This document shows, piece by piece, positions 62,132-64,000 of a DNA stretch of 64,000 nt. The DNA lies in the NCBI GenBank assembly GCA_012032775.1, contig JAAUQO010000002.1, forward strand, positions 4,659 to 68,658, read 5' to 3'. The stretch is from Oscillochloris sp. (GTDB taxonomy: Bacteria; Chloroflexota; Chloroflexia; Chloroflexales; Chloroflexaceae). Every line of letters begins with the position of its first letter. Within the stretch, counting starts at the first letter, position 1. The notes below the pieces were generated by a model. It was not told the origin of the DNA. It was given only the letters and a program-made list of their open reading frames with translations, and made no database searches. Position numbers and translations under genes: made by a program.

Positions 62132-62403
62132 ACAAGCTTGTCACACATCGCCAATACTGTTGCGCCCTGTTCCTGCCAGCGCCGCCGGCCGAGCATGCCT
62201 TCGAGCAGATGCACCAGGCTCTCGTACGAGTTAAAGCTGGCCTCGATCTGATCGGGCAGGCGCACCAGCGTACCGCGATAGTGCTTGTCGAGACACAGAG
62301 CCAACGTGTACCCGGAAACCGTAATGTGTGTGCTCATCGGCTTTTCCACTGCTTCCATATCGTTTGTTGATCGAACGGCTATCGTATGTGTGTGATCCGT
62401 CAC
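62083..62403 (-). CDS. Hypothetical small protein (weakly supported)
   Basis: 106-aa ORF. The segment MSTHITVSGYTLALCLDKHYRGTLVRLPDQIEASFNSYESLVHLLEGML has protein-like composition. No clear SD, and the 3' end overlaps the convergent 60083..62131 gene by 49 nt. Confidence 0.3.
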   Translation of the reverse strand: MTDHTHTIAVRSTNDMEAVEKPMSTHITVSGYTLALCLDKHYRGTLVRLPDQIEASFNSYESLVHLLEGMLGRRRWQEQGATVLAMCDKLVQGCASNGKPSRCVLR

Positions 62404-62515
62404 AATCTTGTGGTCTTACGATAGCCGCTCCAACCGCCTGTTCGATCAACCTGCGGGTGGATGTTGGGTGGATCCGGGCTCATACTGCATCAGTTCTGCG
62501 CCGCATTCGTCCCGG

Positions 62516-62545
62516 TTGACCATGCCTTGCCGCGCGTGCTATACT
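62516..62545 (+). promoter_or_regulatory. Promoter TTGACC-18-TATACT upstream of the ANTAR regulator gene
   Basis: TTGACC at 62516-62521, TATACT at 62540-62545, ~55 nt before ATG 62605. Confidence 0.55.
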
Positions 62546-62604
62546 GCGGTGCATATGTCGCCTGTGCCGAATTGGCGCTAACGTTTGAAAGAGTGAGGTT
62601 TGCC

Positions 62605-63180
62605 ATGGCGCAGCCGCGTCTGGTAATTGCGGACGATGAGTCGATCATCCGCATGAATTTGAAAGAAACGCTCGTAGGTCTGGGCTACCTTGTGGTAGGC
62701 GAGGCCGGCGATGGCGTATCGGTGATAAATCTGGCTCGTGAGTTGCGGCCTGATCTGGTGTTGATGGATATCAAAATGCCCAAGCTCGACGGTATCCAGG
62801 CGGCTAAAATTCTCACCGAGGAGAAGATCGCGCCGGTGCTGCTGCTGACCGCATATTCCGATCGGGATCTGGTTGAGCGGGCCAAAGAGGCCGGCGTAGT
62901 CAATTATGTGGTCAAGCCATTCCGCGAGGCCGAGTTGCTGCCGGCGATTGAAATTGCGATGGCCCGCTATCAGGAATTCCTGGAGATGGATACCGCAATC
63001 TCCGATCTGAAGGAGACACTCGATACGCGTAAGTTGGTTGAGCGCGCCAAGGGCATCTTGATGGACACGCAAGGTCTTAAAGAGGCCGAAGCCTTCCGCA
63101 AGATCCAACAACTGTCGATGAATACCCGGAAATCGATGAAGGAGATCGCGCAGGCGATCTTGTTGGCAAACGAGATCTAG
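62605..63180 (+). CDS. ANTAR-domain response regulator (REC + ANTAR, AmiR/PdtaR-like RNA-binding antiterminator)
   Basis: MAQPRLVIADDESIIRMNLKE...DLVLMDIKMPKLDG...VKPF (REC), then ...LDTRKLVERAKGILMDTQGLKEAEAFRKIQQLSMNTRKSMKEIAQAIL (ANTAR). Confidence 0.9.
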   Translation: MAQPRLVIADDESIIRMNLKETLVGLGYLVVGEAGDGVSVINLARELRPDLVLMDIKMPKLDGIQAAKILTEEKIAPVLLLTAYSDRDLVERAKEAGVVNYVVKPFREAELLPAIEIAMARYQEFLEMDTAISDLKETLDTRKLVERAKGILMDTQGLKEAEAFRKIQQLSMNTRKSMKEIAQAILLANEI

Positions 63181-63185
63181 TTTCT

Positions 63186-63785
63186 GTGTCCGATCAGACG
63201 CCTACTCCGGCGGGAAACCATTCCCCCTTCTTTGGTCGCATTGCGGCTGCACTGCCGTTTGTTCTTACGGCAGTCGCAGCCGTCTTTGTGAGTCTTGCGT
63301 TTCAATTTTTCCTTCGCCCCGATCCTGCCCCGGCGGTCTTTTTCACCGTGACCCCAGCCGCTCCTTCCAGCGCCGCAGTTGCCCCAACTGCTGCTGAAGT
63401 GCGCCCTACGCCAAGCCCCGCGCCGACCCCCCGCGAGGGTGATGTGGGAATATTGCGGCTGGAAGTGATCGATCTGGAGGAGGAGGATCGCCGACTCTGG
63501 ACGGCGTTGTATTTGCTGCGTGCCGCTGCACAGATCGACGACACGATTGTGGTTTTACAGGTGAATGATTTCGGCGAGGCTGATCGCACCCTGATGGCGG
63601 CCCGCCGTTCGCTCGACCGAGCCTATGAGTTGAGTAGCGAGCAGGACAAAGGCCCGATCGACTCATTTCGCCTGCAAGCCGGCCAGATTCGCGATGATCT
63701 CGGGCTGCGCCCGGAAGGCGCCGATCGCCGCTTGCGCCAACTCCGCCAACTCATCCTTGCCCTTGTAGACGAAACGACGGAGTAA
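63186..63785 (+). CDS. Hypothetical single-pass membrane protein, tightly coupled to the ANTAR gene
   Basis: GTG 63186 lies 5 nt after the ANTAR stop. TM FFGRIAAALPFVLTAVAAVFVSLAFQFF, a Pro/Ala-rich linker, then a helical domain. No family recognised. Confidence 0.5.
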   Translation: MSDQTPTPAGNHSPFFGRIAAALPFVLTAVAAVFVSLAFQFFLRPDPAPAVFFTVTPAAPSSAAVAPTAAEVRPTPSPAPTPREGDVGILRLEVIDLEEEDRRLWTALYLLRAAAQIDDTIVVLQVNDFGEADRTLMAARRSLDRAYELSSEQDKGPIDSFRLQAGQIRDDLGLRPEGADRRLRQLRQLILALVDETTE

Positions 63786-63787
63786 CG

Positions 63788-63823
63788 CCGGGTCGAGTCG
63801 CAAGATTTTGTGGTTCGACCCGG
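63788..63823. terminator. Hairpin between convergent genes
   Basis: CCGGGTCGA (63788-63796) pairs with TCGACCCGG (63815-63823). Confidence 0.45.
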
Positions 63824-63837
63824 TGTCGCCGCACCGC

Positions 63838-64000
63838 TCATGCCTTCACATACGGCAACAGAATCGTGAATCGACTCCCTTCGCCCAGCGTACTTTCAAC
63901 ATGAATACGCCCACCGTGTAGTTCTATAATCTGGCGCACAAGGGCTAAGCCAAGGCCACTGCCGCCCTTTGCTCGCCCGGAAGAGGGACCGATCTGCTCG
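63838..64000 (-). CDS. Histidine kinase, C-terminal HATPase fragment (gene starts beyond window end)
   Basis: Minus-strand translation ...[46 protein letters not shown] (G2 box and C-terminus of HATPase_c). Confidence 0.75.
   Translation of the reverse strand, partial: EQIGPSSGRAKGGSGLGLALVRQIIELHGGRIHVESTLGEGSRFTILLPYVKA

Overview
GC-rich bacterial chromosomal segment. The protein architectures (plant-type LRR + FN3 + clostripain-like protease, VanW proteins, TPR-CHAT, multi-PAS kinases) suggest a filamentous Chloroflexota-like organism, but that is inference only. I support about 45 protein genes, one tRNA-Lys(CUU), several hairpin terminators, three near-consensus sigma70-type promoters and two repeat families.

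Layout:
- 0-4.7 kb: envelope polysaccharide genes (epimerase, Wzy-like ligase, UDP-xylose synthase, priming phosphotransferase).
- 5.6-10.4 kb: gltB with a long terminator-containing leader.
- 10.7-11.3 kb: AT-rich scar with two gene remnants.
- 11.3-23.1 kb: GT4, M14 carboxypeptidase, SGNH-like hydrolase, EamA transporter, LRR-FN3-C11 protease, TPR-wHTH protein, VanW.
- 23.3 kb: tRNA-Lys.
- 23.5-26.3 kb: degenerate GspE-like/GAF/PP2C fusion plus an RNHCP protein.
- 26.3-32.8 kb: Opp/Dpp-type ABC operon.
- 34.1-43.3 kb: two-component signalling island.
- 43.5-51.2 kb: M20 hydrolase, membrane protein, cupin, second VanW, giant LamG-type secreted protein.
- 51.6-54.3 kb: ppc.
- 54.3-55.3 kb: Wzz/GT4 chimeric remnant.
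- 56.0-62.1 kb: ECF sigma, ZAS anti-sigma, TPR-CHAT protease, secreted HEXXH protein.
- 62.6-63.8 kb: ANTAR response regulator plus a small membrane protein, then a partial kinase at the window end.

Main hunt results:
1. An ECF/ZAS/TPR-CHAT cluster resembling the output module of type III-E CRISPR, with no cas genes in the window.
2. A shared extreme C-terminal LP[LF]L tail on four secreted proteins.
3. A ~100-bp element family bounded by terminal inverted repeats, with internal heptamer arrays, inserted inside operons.
4. A strong promoter, ~300-nt leader and intrinsic terminator directly upstream of gltB.
5. Ten apparent 1-nt frameshifts, several in identifiable homopolymer runs. They split otherwise intact genes and most likely reflect consensus indel errors.

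No CRISPR array, integrase, transposase or prophage gene was seen.
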